A stretch of DNA of 64,000 nucleotides from Chitinophagaceae bacterium (GTDB lineage Bacteria > Bacteroidota > Bacteroidia > Chitinophagales > Chitinophagaceae): assembly GCA_039919885.1 (NCBI GenBank), contig JBDSEV010000022.1, positions 43,284-107,283 of the forward strand, written 5' to 3'. Shown piece by piece: positions 17,956 to 28,523 of this stretch; within the stretch, counting starts at the first letter, position 1, and each line of letters opens with the position of its first letter. A program made the translations under genes and the position numbers. The notes under the pieces were generated by a model that did no database searches, was not told the origin of the DNA, and saw only the letters and a program-made list of their open reading frames with translations.

Positions 17956-20145
17956 CTATTCTACCACAAACCAGCCATAGCTTTCTGCTGCAATTGTAAG
18001 GGTTACCGGTGTATTGTATGCCCTGTCAAGCTGTTGCAGTTTTCGCTGCCCGTTCAATACTATGGTTGCTTTGCTGGTAAGCCCCGCATAATAGAGCGGC
18101 ACTTGTATGGTACGGGTAATCGACTGTTTAAGCGGATTAAAAACCATTACGAGCGCCTTTTGCCTGAGCTGGGGATCCACATGCATCCATCCATCCCAAT
18201 CGCGGCCGTCGGCCCTTCTTAAATGAATGATGGCAGCATTTAGAATAGCGAAATATTTTTTATACCAGCTGATCACGCCGATCACCATTTCCTTTGTTTT
18301 AACGGCATCGTATAACCGCGGACCGCGGTAACAGGCCTGCACACCGGCGCCGTAATACTGCATCATTAACTGTTTATAATCCTCCAGGTGATCGCGCAAC
18401 GGTTCAAGCACGGCTTCCGGCCCACCGCCCTGGTATTTAGTAAGCGGCACAAAACCCCAGCTCATAGACGGCATTTTCTCCCAGGTACCGTCAAAAACAT
18501 TTTGCCGGTTTAATACCTTTTGTTGTTCCCTTGGCAGTGAGAAGTTCACCTCGCGGTAGCCCAGCGCAATTTTATTGGTGCCATCCAGGAAATACCAATC
18601 GGGCGTATTCACATACACGCCATTTTCATTGCACCAGTGGTACAGGCTTTTTTGTAATTCCATCTGGCGCCATTGACTATCATCTAATCCCTTGTGCCCC
18701 GGATGCGTGGTAGAAGCGCATACATCTCCCGGGTAAGGACCATCGTTTTCAAAAATATTAAACCCGGTATTACTGATGAAGTACTGTAGTTTCTGCAGGT
18801 AGGCAAGGCCCCATTTGCTGCCATAACAAGGTGCGTTGCCAAAAAAAGCGCCACCCGGTTTGCCGGTAGCAGCATCAATTACATCATCCTCGTCACTTAT
18901 TTTTCTTGAACTGAACAAAGAATAACTACCTATTAAAATATTGTTGTTGTGTGCATAATCTGCCAGTGCTTTCCAGTGGCGTACATTGGCCGCCGCTGTA
19001 TCTTCCATATTGCAATGACTGCCAAAACTTAAAATCACCGCTTCGTAACCGGTAGCTGCGCACTGGTCAATGGCATTTCTCACCTCGTCATCTGTCTTGC
19101 TGACCAGGTGCATAAAAATGGGGTTCTCTTTTGTCCATGGAGCCGCCACGCCGTACATTCTGCGAATGGCCAGGCCCCTTCGCTCGCGATCATAGCTATC
19201 CATCAGCAGTTCATGGGTGCGAACAGAAGTGAATGTTTCGCCCGGCTGCAACGCTATACCCGGCGCTTTTTCCGGATATACCTCCAGCAAACACGGTGTT
19301 TGGTAATTATAGTTTACCTGTGATGTATAGCTGCTGTCTGCTTTCCAGTGGGTGGTCTGGTCGCTAATGTCATACCGCATTGCATTGTTAAAAGCATAAT
19401 TTGTTTCAACATATATGCCGTGTTGCTTCTTCATTTGTTCCGGCGTTCCCACCACCGCGCTTTCTTCTTCAGTTAATGCCAGTACCTCGTTCACAACCCG
19501 GTTTAGTTTCACCGGCTTCACGCCCTTGTTTTCTACTGACAACCATTTTACAACCAGCGGAATGCCATTGTACATTTCATAATGTACCGTCACCTCCAGC
19601 GCTTTTAACGCGGGTGCAGAATATCTGTATAGAAAATTGAGCGTAACCCCGCGCGCGGGCTTTAATAGCGGATAGGATGCAGACGCCGGTTTCCAATGCA
19701 GGCGTGGCCGGATGGTATCAACGGTATAATTTACAAAGTGAAAATCCTGGCTGCTGTCCTTCAGTTTATCCACCCATTCCGGCAGCAGGTACGCTTGTTC
19801 CTGTTGGTTGTACAACCCACCCACATTGTACTCCTTTTCATCAATGATTAAACGCGCCTCCGGTTTTACTGCACGCAGCAGTTGCTGACCGTTGCTGAGG
19901 TTTTTATAATCCGTACACGCAACGTTGGGCGAGAGTCGGAAAACTCTTTTAACAAGTCCGTTGTACAATACAATGTCTTTTCCATCGGCCGATTTGTAAA
20001 CAGCAGCACTTTCCGTTGCGGGCACAACCAGCCAGTCAGTACTTGCATTCTTATCTTTTTTACCGTCGTACACAGGTAGCTTTTCCTGCGCACTGGTAAC
20101 AGTTAGTTTTATAATAAACAGAACAATGGCGGATATTTTCTTCAT
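17956..20145 (-). CDS. Secreted hypothetical protein, possibly a (beta/alpha)8 glycosidase-like enzyme; family not recognised
   Basis: 729-aa ORF with a signal peptide (MKKISAIVLFIIKLTVTSAQ). It lies co-directionally between a GH29 gene and the DUF1553 gene. The central region (GYEAVILSFGSHCNMEDT...YAHNNNILIGSYS...NIFENDGPYPGD) resembles a TIM-barrel hydrolase, but I cannot assign a CAZy family by eye. Confidence 0.6.
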   Translation of the reverse strand: MKKISAIVLFIIKLTVTSAQEKLPVYDGKKDKNASTDWLVVPATESAAVYKSADGKDIVLYNGLVKRVFRLSPNVACTDYKNLSNGQQLLRAVKPEARLIIDEKEYNVGGLYNQQEQAYLLPEWVDKLKDSSQDFHFVNYTVDTIRPRLHWKPASASYPLLKPARGVTLNFLYRYSAPALKALEVTVHYEMYNGIPLVVKWLSVENKGVKPVKLNRVVNEVLALTEEESAVVGTPEQMKKQHGIYVETNYAFNNAMRYDISDQTTHWKADSSYTSQVNYNYQTPCLLEVYPEKAPGIALQPGETFTSVRTHELLMDSYDRERRGLAIRRMYGVAAPWTKENPIFMHLVSKTDDEVRNAIDQCAATGYEAVILSFGSHCNMEDTAAANVRHWKALADYAHNNNILIGSYSLFSSRKISDEDDVIDAATGKPGGAFFGNAPCYGSKWGLAYLQKLQYFISNTGFNIFENDGPYPGDVCASTTHPGHKGLDDSQWRQMELQKSLYHWCNENGVYVNTPDWYFLDGTNKIALGYREVNFSLPREQQKVLNRQNVFDGTWEKMPSMSWGFVPLTKYQGGGPEAVLEPLRDHLEDYKQLMMQYYGAGVQACYRGPRLYDAVKTKEMVIGVISWYKKYFAILNAAIIHLRRADGRDWDGWMHVDPQLRQKALVMVFNPLKQSITRTIQVPLYYAGLTSKATIVLNGQRKLQQLDRAYNTPVTLTIAAESYGWFVVE

Positions 20146-20183
20146 GCAACGTTTAAAAATTAAAATTTCTTCTTATTATAACG

Positions 20184-20217
20184 GCGTGCCGTCTGCATAT
20201 CCATAATTACGGCACGC
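20184..20217 (-). terminator. Hairpin between the GH29 gene and the 729-aa gene (possible terminator or processing site)
   Basis: A 9-bp perfect stem pairs gcgtgccgt (20184-20192) with acggcacgc (20209-20217) around a 16-nt loop. No clear U-run follows on the minus strand. Confidence 0.3.
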
Positions 20218-20267
20218 GCTTCTAATTTTATTTAAAGGGAATGGCACTTATTTTTTTTATACGCATA

Positions 20268-22403
20268 CTACTTTATATGAAACAACATGGCCGCGGGCAA
20301 TTCTATTTCTGCTCCGCCTTCCGGTTGCAGCACTACCCTGAGTGAATTTTCTCCGCCGCTGTCGTAATACTGAACAGTAATGGCATGGTATCCTTTCTTT
20401 AAGGCTGCTTTTCCGGGCCCGCCGCCGCTATTGTCATTGCTTGCTATCTCCATTCCATCAATAAACAATTTGCTGCCGTCATCGGAACTAAGCGAAAAAG
20501 TATAGAAACCATCTTTCGCAATTTTAATATACCCATCAAATACAAATGCAAATTTTTCCTTGCGTTGTTTTAATGAAAGCGAAATGACAGTAGCAATGCC
20601 AGTTTTGTTTACCGGCGTACTGGCAATTGACTGAAGGCTTACGCTACCAGTAGGCTCATAATACTTATACGCCAGTCCGGGTGTTAGCAGTGCAGGCGCG
20701 CTGGCTTTCATCCATTGATAACGGATCACTTTCTCTTTAGCAATGCTGCCGGGTAAACCTGTTTCGGGAATACTGACTGCTTGCACAACACTTGTTTTAT
20801 CCAGCAAAATTGGTTTTGTATACAGCGCAGATTGTGCTGTAGGCGATGTACCGTCTGTGGTATAATGGATCTTTTCTGTAGCTGCAGTTTCCATTGACAC
20901 CAGCGGCTGCAGCGGCGTTTTGTAGACTGTTTTTATAGTAGGCTTGGTAGCAAATTTTCCATAGTTGCTTATCTTAATAGCGTACGCATACGGCGCTTTT
21001 ATAGTATTGGGATTGTAGGGCGGCAGGCTGATTACTATGTTTTCTCCTGTTTGTTTCCACTCAAGGTCTGCCTTAGTAGACAAGAAACTGATAGCTGTTC
21101 CCGGGGGCAGCGTAATTGATTTCAAAACCACCTGGTTGTTATCTGGATATCTGGGCAGAATGGCATATAGCGCGTTGGTGGAAGGATTGTAGGTATAAAA
21201 AACTTCTTTTACCGCATACCCCGGATCGGGGTCGATGGTAAGTTTTAGCAACAAGTCACCGCTTCCTGTTGCTGGTTTGTAATCCTGCAGGCCATCGCTC
21301 CATTGCGAAACTTTTTTCCAGCGCACGGTATTATAAATGGCTTCGCCGTTTATCTTCATCCAGTCGCCGATCTGCAGCAACCGCTCCTGCATAATTGGCG
21401 GAATTTTGCCATGTTCATCCGGGCCGATGTCCAGTAAAAAATTACCCCCACTGCTTACTTTGTCGATCAATTGCACTACAAGAGATTGTGATGAATTATA
21501 ATCCCAGGCATCTTCTTCACGGTTATACCCATAGCTGAAACCCATGCCACGGCTTTCTTCCCAATAATGATCTTCAAAATTGAGATTGGGCTGGTATTCG
21601 GGTGTATAAAATCCCGCATGTTTGAAACGTACGCCTGCGCCCCATCGGTCATTTACTACTACCTTATCTTTCACCGGACTTTCATTGTATAACCATGCTA
21701 AAAATTCCTGGCTTTTCCATTTTTCTGCAGGCAGTTCCCATTCGCCATCCGTCCAGAACACATCCGGCTGGTAAGTATTAATGAGGTCTTTCATCTGCGG
21801 CCAGGTGTGCTCCCGTACAAATTTTTCTTTATCCGCTTTCCACAACGGGTTGTACCACTCGTACAGCGAATAATACATACCGGCATGCACCGTTGTTTTT
21901 CTTACTGCCGCAAACAATTCTTTTATTAAATCACGCTTAGGGCCCACGTCTACTGCGTTCCAGGGAAAACCCCATGACTGGTTGGCCTCTTTGCTGGGCC
22001 ATAGCGCAAATCCGTCATGGTGCTTTGACGTTAGTACAATGTATTTAGCACCCGATTGTTCAAACAACTTCGCCCATTCATCGGCGTTAAACAACTCTGC
22101 TTTAAACTGATCTGCCAGCTGGTAATACGTGAGGTTGCTGAATTTCTTTTTATGATACGCCTGGCGCGCGGTATCAGTTCCATTAAGGCCGTTTTGGTAC
22201 CATTCAGCATATTGTCCTTTGCTGCTCCAGGCCGGTACGGAATAAACACCCCAGTGAATAAAAATTCCAAACTTCACATCTTTAAACCATTGCGGCACCG
22301 GCCTTGCATCCAGCGACGACCAGTTGGGTTGATAAGGCTGTGCAGACAGAAAACACAGCAGCAGGCAAAAGGTGTTTAGCAGTAGTAATTTTTTCATATA
22401 CAA
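20268..22403 (-). CDS. Alpha-L-fucosidase (GH29) with a C-terminal PA14 domain
   Basis: The GH29 signature is FGIFIHWGVYSVPAW...KHHDGFALWPS. The C-terminal PA14-like segment is FVFDGYIKIAKDGFYTFSLSSDDGSKLFIDG...GYHAITVQYYDSGGENSLRV. The start may be the MKKLLLL Met at 22397. Confidence 0.88.
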   Translation of the reverse strand: MYMKKLLLLNTFCLLLCFLSAQPYQPNWSSLDARPVPQWFKDVKFGIFIHWGVYSVPAWSSKGQYAEWYQNGLNGTDTARQAYHKKKFSNLTYYQLADQFKAELFNADEWAKLFEQSGAKYIVLTSKHHDGFALWPSKEANQSWGFPWNAVDVGPKRDLIKELFAAVRKTTVHAGMYYSLYEWYNPLWKADKEKFVREHTWPQMKDLINTYQPDVFWTDGEWELPAEKWKSQEFLAWLYNESPVKDKVVVNDRWGAGVRFKHAGFYTPEYQPNLNFEDHYWEESRGMGFSYGYNREEDAWDYNSSQSLVVQLIDKVSSGGNFLLDIGPDEHGKIPPIMQERLLQIGDWMKINGEAIYNTVRWKKVSQWSDGLQDYKPATGSGDLLLKLTIDPDPGYAVKEVFYTYNPSTNALYAILPRYPDNNQVVLKSITLPPGTAISFLSTKADLEWKQTGENIVISLPPYNPNTIKAPYAYAIKISNYGKFATKPTIKTVYKTPLQPLVSMETAATEKIHYTTDGTSPTAQSALYTKPILLDKTSVVQAVSIPETGLPGSIAKEKVIRYQWMKASAPALLTPGLAYKYYEPTGSVSLQSIASTPVNKTGIATVISLSLKQRKEKFAFVFDGYIKIAKDGFYTFSLSSDDGSKLFIDGMEIASNDNSGGGPGKAALKKGYHAITVQYYDSGGENSLRVVLQPEGGAEIELPAAMLFHIK

Positions 22404-22446
22404 TGATTTATTTTTAACCGCCCACTCCCCCGCGGAGCGTGCGCCA

Positions 22447-24045
22447 TTACTTTTTATACTTTGTTACAAAAGTAGTAACACTCATCGGCGCGACCACAAC
22501 ATCACTGGCAGACACCACAGCGTGTTGCATATCCTGTGTAGCATCCGTAGTATAACTATCCAGGCTTTTGCTATTGACGCCCGGCGAAAACTGCAATTGG
22601 AGCTGCTGCCTAATCGCTGAATTATTTGCTACCACCATCACCAGTTCGCTGCTTCCAACATTTTTGTATGCAGAAACCAGGCAATCTGCGGGGCCGGAAA
22701 AAGCGGCGCTTATTCTTTGCATACCGGGCCTGATAAACCTTGAATAGTTACCCATGCACCACAATTGTTTGCTGCTGCTTACCATACCATCTTCTTTTGA
22801 TTTACCCGGATGGATGCTGCCGTCGGGCGCATTGATGTATACCAGTCCGTCACTGTAATTGTATGGATTGATGGCCAGCCACCATTGAAAAGAACTTACA
22901 CCCGCTACCACCAGGTCGGTATGGATCACTTTTGCCACGTAAAGCCCGTAGCGGATATCCGTATTCCGCGGACCGCCATTCAAATTGCCGCAGATATCGC
23001 CTAGCACGCCAAATTCAGATTGCCATAACTGAATGCGGGGATCTACCTGTTTTCTTTTTTCGTTTACTGCGCTGCGTGTGGCCAACAAGACGCTGTCCGG
23101 GCAGGTGCTGAAATAACTGTGGTACGACATCACGGGCGCTGTATTGGGAACCGCACCGATGTAATGACTTGACGCCGGGTTAAAAAAATCATTCAGCTGG
23201 TTGCCGATAAGGGCATTGGAATCCGTAAGGAAATTAACCCGCGCTGCTTCGCCTGCAGTAATCCTGGTGGTTAGTCCGGCTGCCTGCAGTTTTGGTCCCA
23301 GTATTTTTATCAACCGCGCAGTTTGTTCATTGGTGGCGCCAGTACCTTCCTGTGCCGGACGCTCGCCCCATTTCCATTGCGGTTCATTTACCGGGCTTAT
23401 GTAATCGAAAGGAATATTGGTGGCATTAAAATGTTTGCACACTGCCACCAGGAAACTTGCAAACGCCGCATATTTGTCTTCTTTGCAATTAAAATTATTA
23501 TCCGACAAACCATAAGAAAACCCATTTTTTGTAAACCGGACCGGTGGAGAATTGGTAAACGCCAATAGATATTTCACACCCCTTTTTTTTGCAGCGCCTG
23601 CGAACCATTGGGCGCCGCGCTGTTTGCGCCAGTTATAGCTAGCATCGGCACCTAAAAAACATTCTTCGCGCCGGTAGTCATCCGGTATACCGCTTGCAGG
23701 GCCTTGTTCGGCACTTCCTGCACCAATATTAAAACGCCACAAAGACAAACCGATCCCTTTTGGCGATCCATCGGCTAGTTTTTCGGTGCTGAATAACAGA
23801 TCGGCGATTGCATTTTTCTTTTTTTCATCTTTCCAATTGCCAGCAAACTTAGCCGTCCAGCAATCGGATGCGCCAAAACTATGAATGGTCTGGTATGCTT
23901 TGGTGAGATCAATAACGAGCAGGTTTGTGGCGCTACCGGGTTCAATAAGTTTTTTGTCACTGCTGAAGGGCTGCGCACCCGAATTGCGGTGTACAATAGC
24001 AAGCAAAAACAAGAGGCTGGTGAAAGCAATCAGGTATGTCCTCAT
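22447..24045 (-). CDS. Glycoside hydrolase family 30-like (O-glycosyl hydrolase)
   Basis: Start taken at MRTYLIAFTSLLFLLA (24045), not the 24093 extension. It has the GH30-like pattern IHSFGASDCW, SPVNEPQWKW and LWQSEFG, followed by a C-terminal beta-sandwich. The family call rests on motif resemblance only. Confidence 0.65.
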   Translation of the reverse strand: MRTYLIAFTSLLFLLAIVHRNSGAQPFSSDKKLIEPGSATNLLVIDLTKAYQTIHSFGASDCWTAKFAGNWKDEKKKNAIADLLFSTEKLADGSPKGIGLSLWRFNIGAGSAEQGPASGIPDDYRREECFLGADASYNWRKQRGAQWFAGAAKKRGVKYLLAFTNSPPVRFTKNGFSYGLSDNNFNCKEDKYAAFASFLVAVCKHFNATNIPFDYISPVNEPQWKWGERPAQEGTGATNEQTARLIKILGPKLQAAGLTTRITAGEAARVNFLTDSNALIGNQLNDFFNPASSHYIGAVPNTAPVMSYHSYFSTCPDSVLLATRSAVNEKRKQVDPRIQLWQSEFGVLGDICGNLNGGPRNTDIRYGLYVAKVIHTDLVVAGVSSFQWWLAINPYNYSDGLVYINAPDGSIHPGKSKEDGMVSSSKQLWCMGNYSRFIRPGMQRISAAFSGPADCLVSAYKNVGSSELVMVVANNSAIRQQLQLQFSPGVNSKSLDSYTTDATQDMQHAVVSASDVVVAPMSVTTFVTKYKK

Positions 24046-24221
24046 TTCAATAAAATAATCAATGGGGCTTTTTAAATGGGCAATCGTTGACAATTTAGCG
24101 GTATTTTTTATACCTGCCGGATAAGACAGTAAGTTTTATTGTTCCGGCCGCTCAATGGCGCATTTTATTACCTTTATCCCCCGTTCAAAATAACCAGGCA
24201 AATTAAAAATTAAAATTACAT

Positions 24222-25619
24222 ATGGAATACAGAATTGAAAAAGATACCATGGGAGAAGTGAAAGTGCCGGTGGACGCACTATACGGCGCACAGACACAGC
24301 GCAGTATTGATAATTTTAAGATAGCGGAGGATATTAATAAAATGCCCAAAGAAATTATCAAGGCTTTTGCTTACCTCAAAAAAGCGGCGGCCATTACCAA
24401 CCTGGAAGCCGGTGTGCTGGATAAAAAGAAAAGTGACCTGATAGGAAAAGTGTGCGACGAGATACTGGAAGGAAAGCTGGATACCTCTTTTCCACTGGTG
24501 GTTTGGCAAACAGGCAGCGGCACACAAAGCAACATGAACGTAAATGAAGTGGTTGCTTACCGTGGCCATGTAATAAACGGCGGCCAGCTAGCAGACAAAG
24601 AAAAAGTGCTGCATCCCAACGATGATGTAAATAAATCGCAGTCGAGCAACGATACTTTTCCCACCGCGATGCACATTGCGGCCTATAAAATTTTAATAGA
24701 CATTACCATACCCGGTATTGAGAAACTAAGGGATACGCTTGCTGCAAAAAGCAAGGCCTTTATGCATGTGGTAAAAATAGGGCGCACCCATTTTATGGAT
24801 GCAACGCCTTTAACCGTGGGACAAGAATTCAGTGGTTATGTTTCTCAACTCAACCATGGACTAAAAGCTATAAAAAACACCCTGGCGCATTTGAGCGAAC
24901 TTGCACTGGGCGGCACTGCAGTTGGCACCGGTATCAACACGCCTGAAAACTATTCAGAAATTGTGGCCAGGCATATTGCGGAATTAACAGGCTTACCGTT
25001 TATCACCGCAGAAAATAAATTTGAAGCGCTGGCAGCACATGATGCAATCGTGGAAGCACATGGCGCTCTAAAAGTGGTGGCAGTAAGTTTAATGAAGATT
25101 GCCAATGATGTGCGCATGTTATCATCCGGGCCCCGCAGCGGCATCGGCGAATTGTTTATACCCGACAATGAACCCGGCTCCTCTATTATGCCAGGGAAAG
25201 TAAACCCTACGCAATGCGAAGCACTTACCATGATTGCAGCGCAGGTAATGGGAAATGATGTTACCGTTGGCATCGGCGGCAGCAACGGTCATTTTGAACT
25301 AAATGTTTTTAAGCCGGTAATGATCTATAATTTCTTACATAGCGCCCGCCTGATTGGCGATGGTTGTGTAAGCTTTAACGATAAATGTGCTGCAGGATTA
25401 GCACCCATTGAAGCCAATATTAAAAAGCATGTAGACAATTCGCTCATGCTGGTTACTGCACTCAATACAAAAATTGGTTATTACAAAGCGGCAGAAATTG
25501 CACAGAAAGCACATAAAGAAGGCACCACGCTGAAAGAAATGGCGGTAAAACTCGGTTATGTTACACGGGAAGAATTTGATGCATGGGTTGACCCGGCAAA
25601 GATGGTAGGCAAGCTATAA
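24222..25619 (+). CDS. fumC: Class II fumarate hydratase
   Basis: 465-aa ORF with the [16 protein letters not shown] signature and [15 protein letters not shown]. Confidence 0.95.
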   Translation: MEYRIEKDTMGEVKVPVDALYGAQTQRSIDNFKIAEDINKMPKEIIKAFAYLKKAAAITNLEAGVLDKKKSDLIGKVCDEILEGKLDTSFPLVVWQTGSGTQSNMNVNEVVAYRGHVINGGQLADKEKVLHPNDDVNKSQSSNDTFPTAMHIAAYKILIDITIPGIEKLRDTLAAKSKAFMHVVKIGRTHFMDATPLTVGQEFSGYVSQLNHGLKAIKNTLAHLSELALGGTAVGTGINTPENYSEIVARHIAELTGLPFITAENKFEALAAHDAIVEAHGALKVVAVSLMKIANDVRMLSSGPRSGIGELFIPDNEPGSSIMPGKVNPTQCEALTMIAAQVMGNDVTVGIGGSNGHFELNVFKPVMIYNFLHSARLIGDGCVSFNDKCAAGLAPIEANIKKHVDNSLMLVTALNTKIGYYKAAEIAQKAHKEGTTLKEMAVKLGYVTREEFDAWVDPAKMVGKL

Positions 25620-25643
25620 CAAAACCAATTTTTCAAACACTTA

Positions 25644-25678
25644 TAAAAAAAATCCACGGCAAGCCGTGGATTTTTTTT
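25644..25678. terminator. Bidirectional rho-independent terminator between fumC and the convergent 25699 gene
   Basis: The sequence is aaaaaaaa-tccacgg-caag-ccgtgga-tttttttt: a 7-bp stem and 4-nt loop flanked by an A-run and a T-run. Confidence 0.75.
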
Positions 25679-25698
25679 GCTACTTCTTATATTTACTG

Positions 25699-28305
25699 TT
25701 ACAATTTTTGCAACTTGATTGCCTGGCTGATATTGCTGCCCGCAACCTTCAGGTAATAGATACCTCCTGGCAATTTAGATAGATTTACGTTAATCATATT
25801 CTTGCCCTTTGTTAAAATAACCGTGTGTTGCAAGACTGTTTTTCCTGCCATATCGGTCACCTGCCAGCTGGTCTGCTCACCTACAATCGCATTTACTTCC
25901 ACCGTTGCGTAATCAATTACCGGGTTCGGATGAATGCTGATAGTTCCTTTTTTACTTGCAGGGTATAAAGTTACGGTTGATGAAAGCCTTGATTTGCCAT
26001 CATTGTCGATAACTTTCAAACGGTAATATACTGCTGCGGCCGACAATTTACCGAACGCGCTGTCAGGATATGTATACTGTTGCTGACCTGCCGCAGCGCT
26101 GGCTGCAAGTGTAACCACCGGGTAAAAATCAGTACTGTTAACGCTTCGTTCCAGTGTAAAGTTCTTGGTGCCATGCTCGTCTTCGGTAATCCATTTTAAT
26201 TTGGCGATATCGTTGTTTACAGCGCCATTGAAGGAAATAAGATTTACCGGTAACAATGCGCTTACACTTGCAAAATAAAAAGTAGAGAAACTGGTTACAC
26301 TGGTTTGCAGCACATACCCGCCTGAGCCAAATGCGGCCCGGTTGGTGGTAGGAAGGGCCAACGCTGTTACCGCCATTGCCGACCCGCATACTTCGCTGTT
26401 TTTAAAAATGGCAAGGTTGGAAATGTTCGATACACCGGGGGGATTACCTACCGAATTTACACCATTTTTAAAGGCAGTAAATTCTGCATTGGTGATGTAA
26501 AGACGTACGCCTACAGCAGACCCTGGCTGTGTTTGCGGTGTAATAGTAATATTCCGGTCGAGGTAAAGCGTTTTACTTGAAGCTTTTTCCCGTACAGCAT
26601 TTGAATTGGTGTATACAGAAGTGGTAACGTTACCCAGGTTATTGCCATTGGCAAAAATTTCCGCAACAATATTACCGCTGGTATCGGTAATGGGCACCCA
26701 GAGCGTATCGTTTTTGTTGGTAGCATTAATGGTAACGGTATTCGCGTTCTCACAAAGATTTGCTTTGCCGGTAGCAATTGGCACTGCAGTAGAAATGGTA
26801 CTGGTACCACTTACATTTTTATAACCGAGAAAGGTAAATTTTTGCAAACATCCTCTGCACGCTACAATCATGGGGTTATTGGCACTCGGTCCGGATGTAG
26901 CGGCCGATTTATCCATAATCACATAAATGTCTTTACCTCCGGGGCCAAAAGCCATATCGCGATAACGATTATTACTGTCGAAGTAACAAACCGTATCAGC
27001 TGAACCACTATTCACAATCGATGTTCCCGAAGAATCCAGTTTTGTCCGTATCAGCCTGCCCCATTTAAGCCCGGACATAATCAGAGAATTTTTCCAACCT
27101 GGTATTGCGCTGTAATTATATAAACCCAGACCGGACCAGCCTTCTGATGGCCAGCCTCCATTTCCCGGATTAGTGACCCATATATTATTGATTTCCGATT
27201 TCGGTCTCGCGTAACCACAAAATAAAGGGTCTTTATAACTGGAACCAATAGCCGCAGCATTGGCTGGTTCACTTACAATCAAAGGCACCCCAGACGTAGA
27301 GTAAGCACCTGCACTTGAGCCATTGTAATTGGTATCAGCCGCGAAACCAATAACCAGGGGATGCCCATAATTTCGTTTCCGCTCAATAATATTCACTTCA
27401 TCATCGCTGTAAGGGCCGTGCGAAGACCCATATAAGATATTGCGGACACTGTCGTATGCGAAACCCTGGTTATTCCTTATACCGGTTACCCAAACAGCAC
27501 TTTGCCGAGCGGGTGTTGTGGTATTAAACGGATTGTCATTGGGTATCCATTTATCGTAGGAGCCCGCATCTCCGTCCGGCTCCAGGTTAAACCGTAGAAT
27601 TTTCCCTTCGTAAATAGTTGAATCCTGCGCATGGTTAACACGATACTGGTTTCCAAACTGCCCGGCGCCCATATCACCTTCGGCATAAAAAAGATAGTTA
27701 ACCCCATTTACCGGGGCAATGATCATGCGTTGCGAATTATGATCACTGCTTCCGGGAAGTGTGTCACACAATGACACGGGATTTCCCAAATTGCCGCTTA
27801 TTGGATCATAAGTAAACCTTGCAATACGGTTTTGGTAAAACACGCCCGTATTACCAGCGCCAGTGCTTAAGTAACTGCGGATATAAGAAATGTATACATA
27901 TTTTTTAGCACCCACAGACTTACTAAAATCTGGGTGAATGGCCATACCCGCCAAACCGCCTTGCGGATTAGTTGGCGAAAAAACGAACTGGATATTGAAG
28001 ACAGAGTCGCTCCCAGCGCTGTTGCCAAGCCAGGTACTTTTTAAACTGATATCTAATATTTTTCTTTTGTTGTTCAGAGGGCCATTAGGGCTGATCTTAT
28101 ATACACAATAACCCTTCGATTCTGTAACCCACAACGAATCATCCGGTCCATAAGTAAGCTCCCATGGATCATTTAGAATATTGTCGCCTGATACGTCTGA
28201 TTTAAGAAAGACTTCATTCATGCGCCCGCCAACAATAGTTTGCGTAAAAGACTTAACGGAGAGAATAAAAATAAATAGAACTAGTAGGGTAAAGTACTTC
28301 TTCAT
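25699..28305 (-). CDS. PQQ-dependent sugar (glucose/sorbosone) dehydrogenase-like beta-propeller protein with Fn3-like domain and T9SS C-terminal sorting domain
   Basis: 868-aa ORF with a signal peptide. GSDH-like motifs: PDDSLWVTESKG, GLAGMAIHPDF and RNYGHPLVIG. The C-terminal tail (LKWITEDEHGTKNFTLERSVNSTDF...VYYRLKVIDNDGKSRLS...IHPNPV...IYYLKV) matches the tail shared by the other T9SS cargo genes here. Confidence 0.8.
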   Translation of the reverse strand: MKKYFTLLVLFIFILSVKSFTQTIVGGRMNEVFLKSDVSGDNILNDPWELTYGPDDSLWVTESKGYCVYKISPNGPLNNKRKILDISLKSTWLGNSAGSDSVFNIQFVFSPTNPQGGLAGMAIHPDFSKSVGAKKYVYISYIRSYLSTGAGNTGVFYQNRIARFTYDPISGNLGNPVSLCDTLPGSSDHNSQRMIIAPVNGVNYLFYAEGDMGAGQFGNQYRVNHAQDSTIYEGKILRFNLEPDGDAGSYDKWIPNDNPFNTTTPARQSAVWVTGIRNNQGFAYDSVRNILYGSSHGPYSDDEVNIIERKRNYGHPLVIGFAADTNYNGSSAGAYSTSGVPLIVSEPANAAAIGSSYKDPLFCGYARPKSEINNIWVTNPGNGGWPSEGWSGLGLYNYSAIPGWKNSLIMSGLKWGRLIRTKLDSSGTSIVNSGSADTVCYFDSNNRYRDMAFGPGGKDIYVIMDKSAATSGPSANNPMIVACRGCLQKFTFLGYKNVSGTSTISTAVPIATGKANLCENANTVTINATNKNDTLWVPITDTSGNIVAEIFANGNNLGNVTTSVYTNSNAVREKASSKTLYLDRNITITPQTQPGSAVGVRLYITNAEFTAFKNGVNSVGNPPGVSNISNLAIFKNSEVCGSAMAVTALALPTTNRAAFGSGGYVLQTSVTSFSTFYFASVSALLPVNLISFNGAVNNDIAKLKWITEDEHGTKNFTLERSVNSTDFYPVVTLAASAAAGQQQYTYPDSAFGKLSAAAVYYRLKVIDNDGKSRLSSTVTLYPASKKGTISIHPNPVIDYATVEVNAIVGEQTSWQVTDMAGKTVLQHTVILTKGKNMINVNLSKLPGGIYYLKVAGSNISQAIKLQKL

Positions 28306-28463
28306 TTGGTTTTGGATTTGATACTGGATTGCTACTAAAACGAGGACTTTTCATAAAACGTATACCTATAAATAAAAAAATATTTAGTTTATCTATACTA
28401 GGTTCTACTTAGTCAACGTTTTCTAAAAAACCAAATTACAATCGCCGGGCCGATTTTGAAATA

Positions 28464-28511
28464 GTAAAACAACGATCAGTTTGTCGGCAAAAAAAGTGAT
28501 TTGATCGAATA
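28464..28511 (+). promoter_or_regulatory. Conserved 48-nt upstream block (candidate activator or operator site) of paralog 1
   Basis: The block gtaaaacaacgatcagtttgtcggcaaaaaaagtgatttgatcgaata aligns with 31972-32019 upstream of paralog 2. In both genes it lies exactly 12 nt upstream of the -33 element. It contains an internal direct repeat, AAAAnAACGAT / AAAAAGTGATT, about 25 nt apart. Confidence 0.45.
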
Positions 28512-28523
28512 TGCTGCAAGAAG

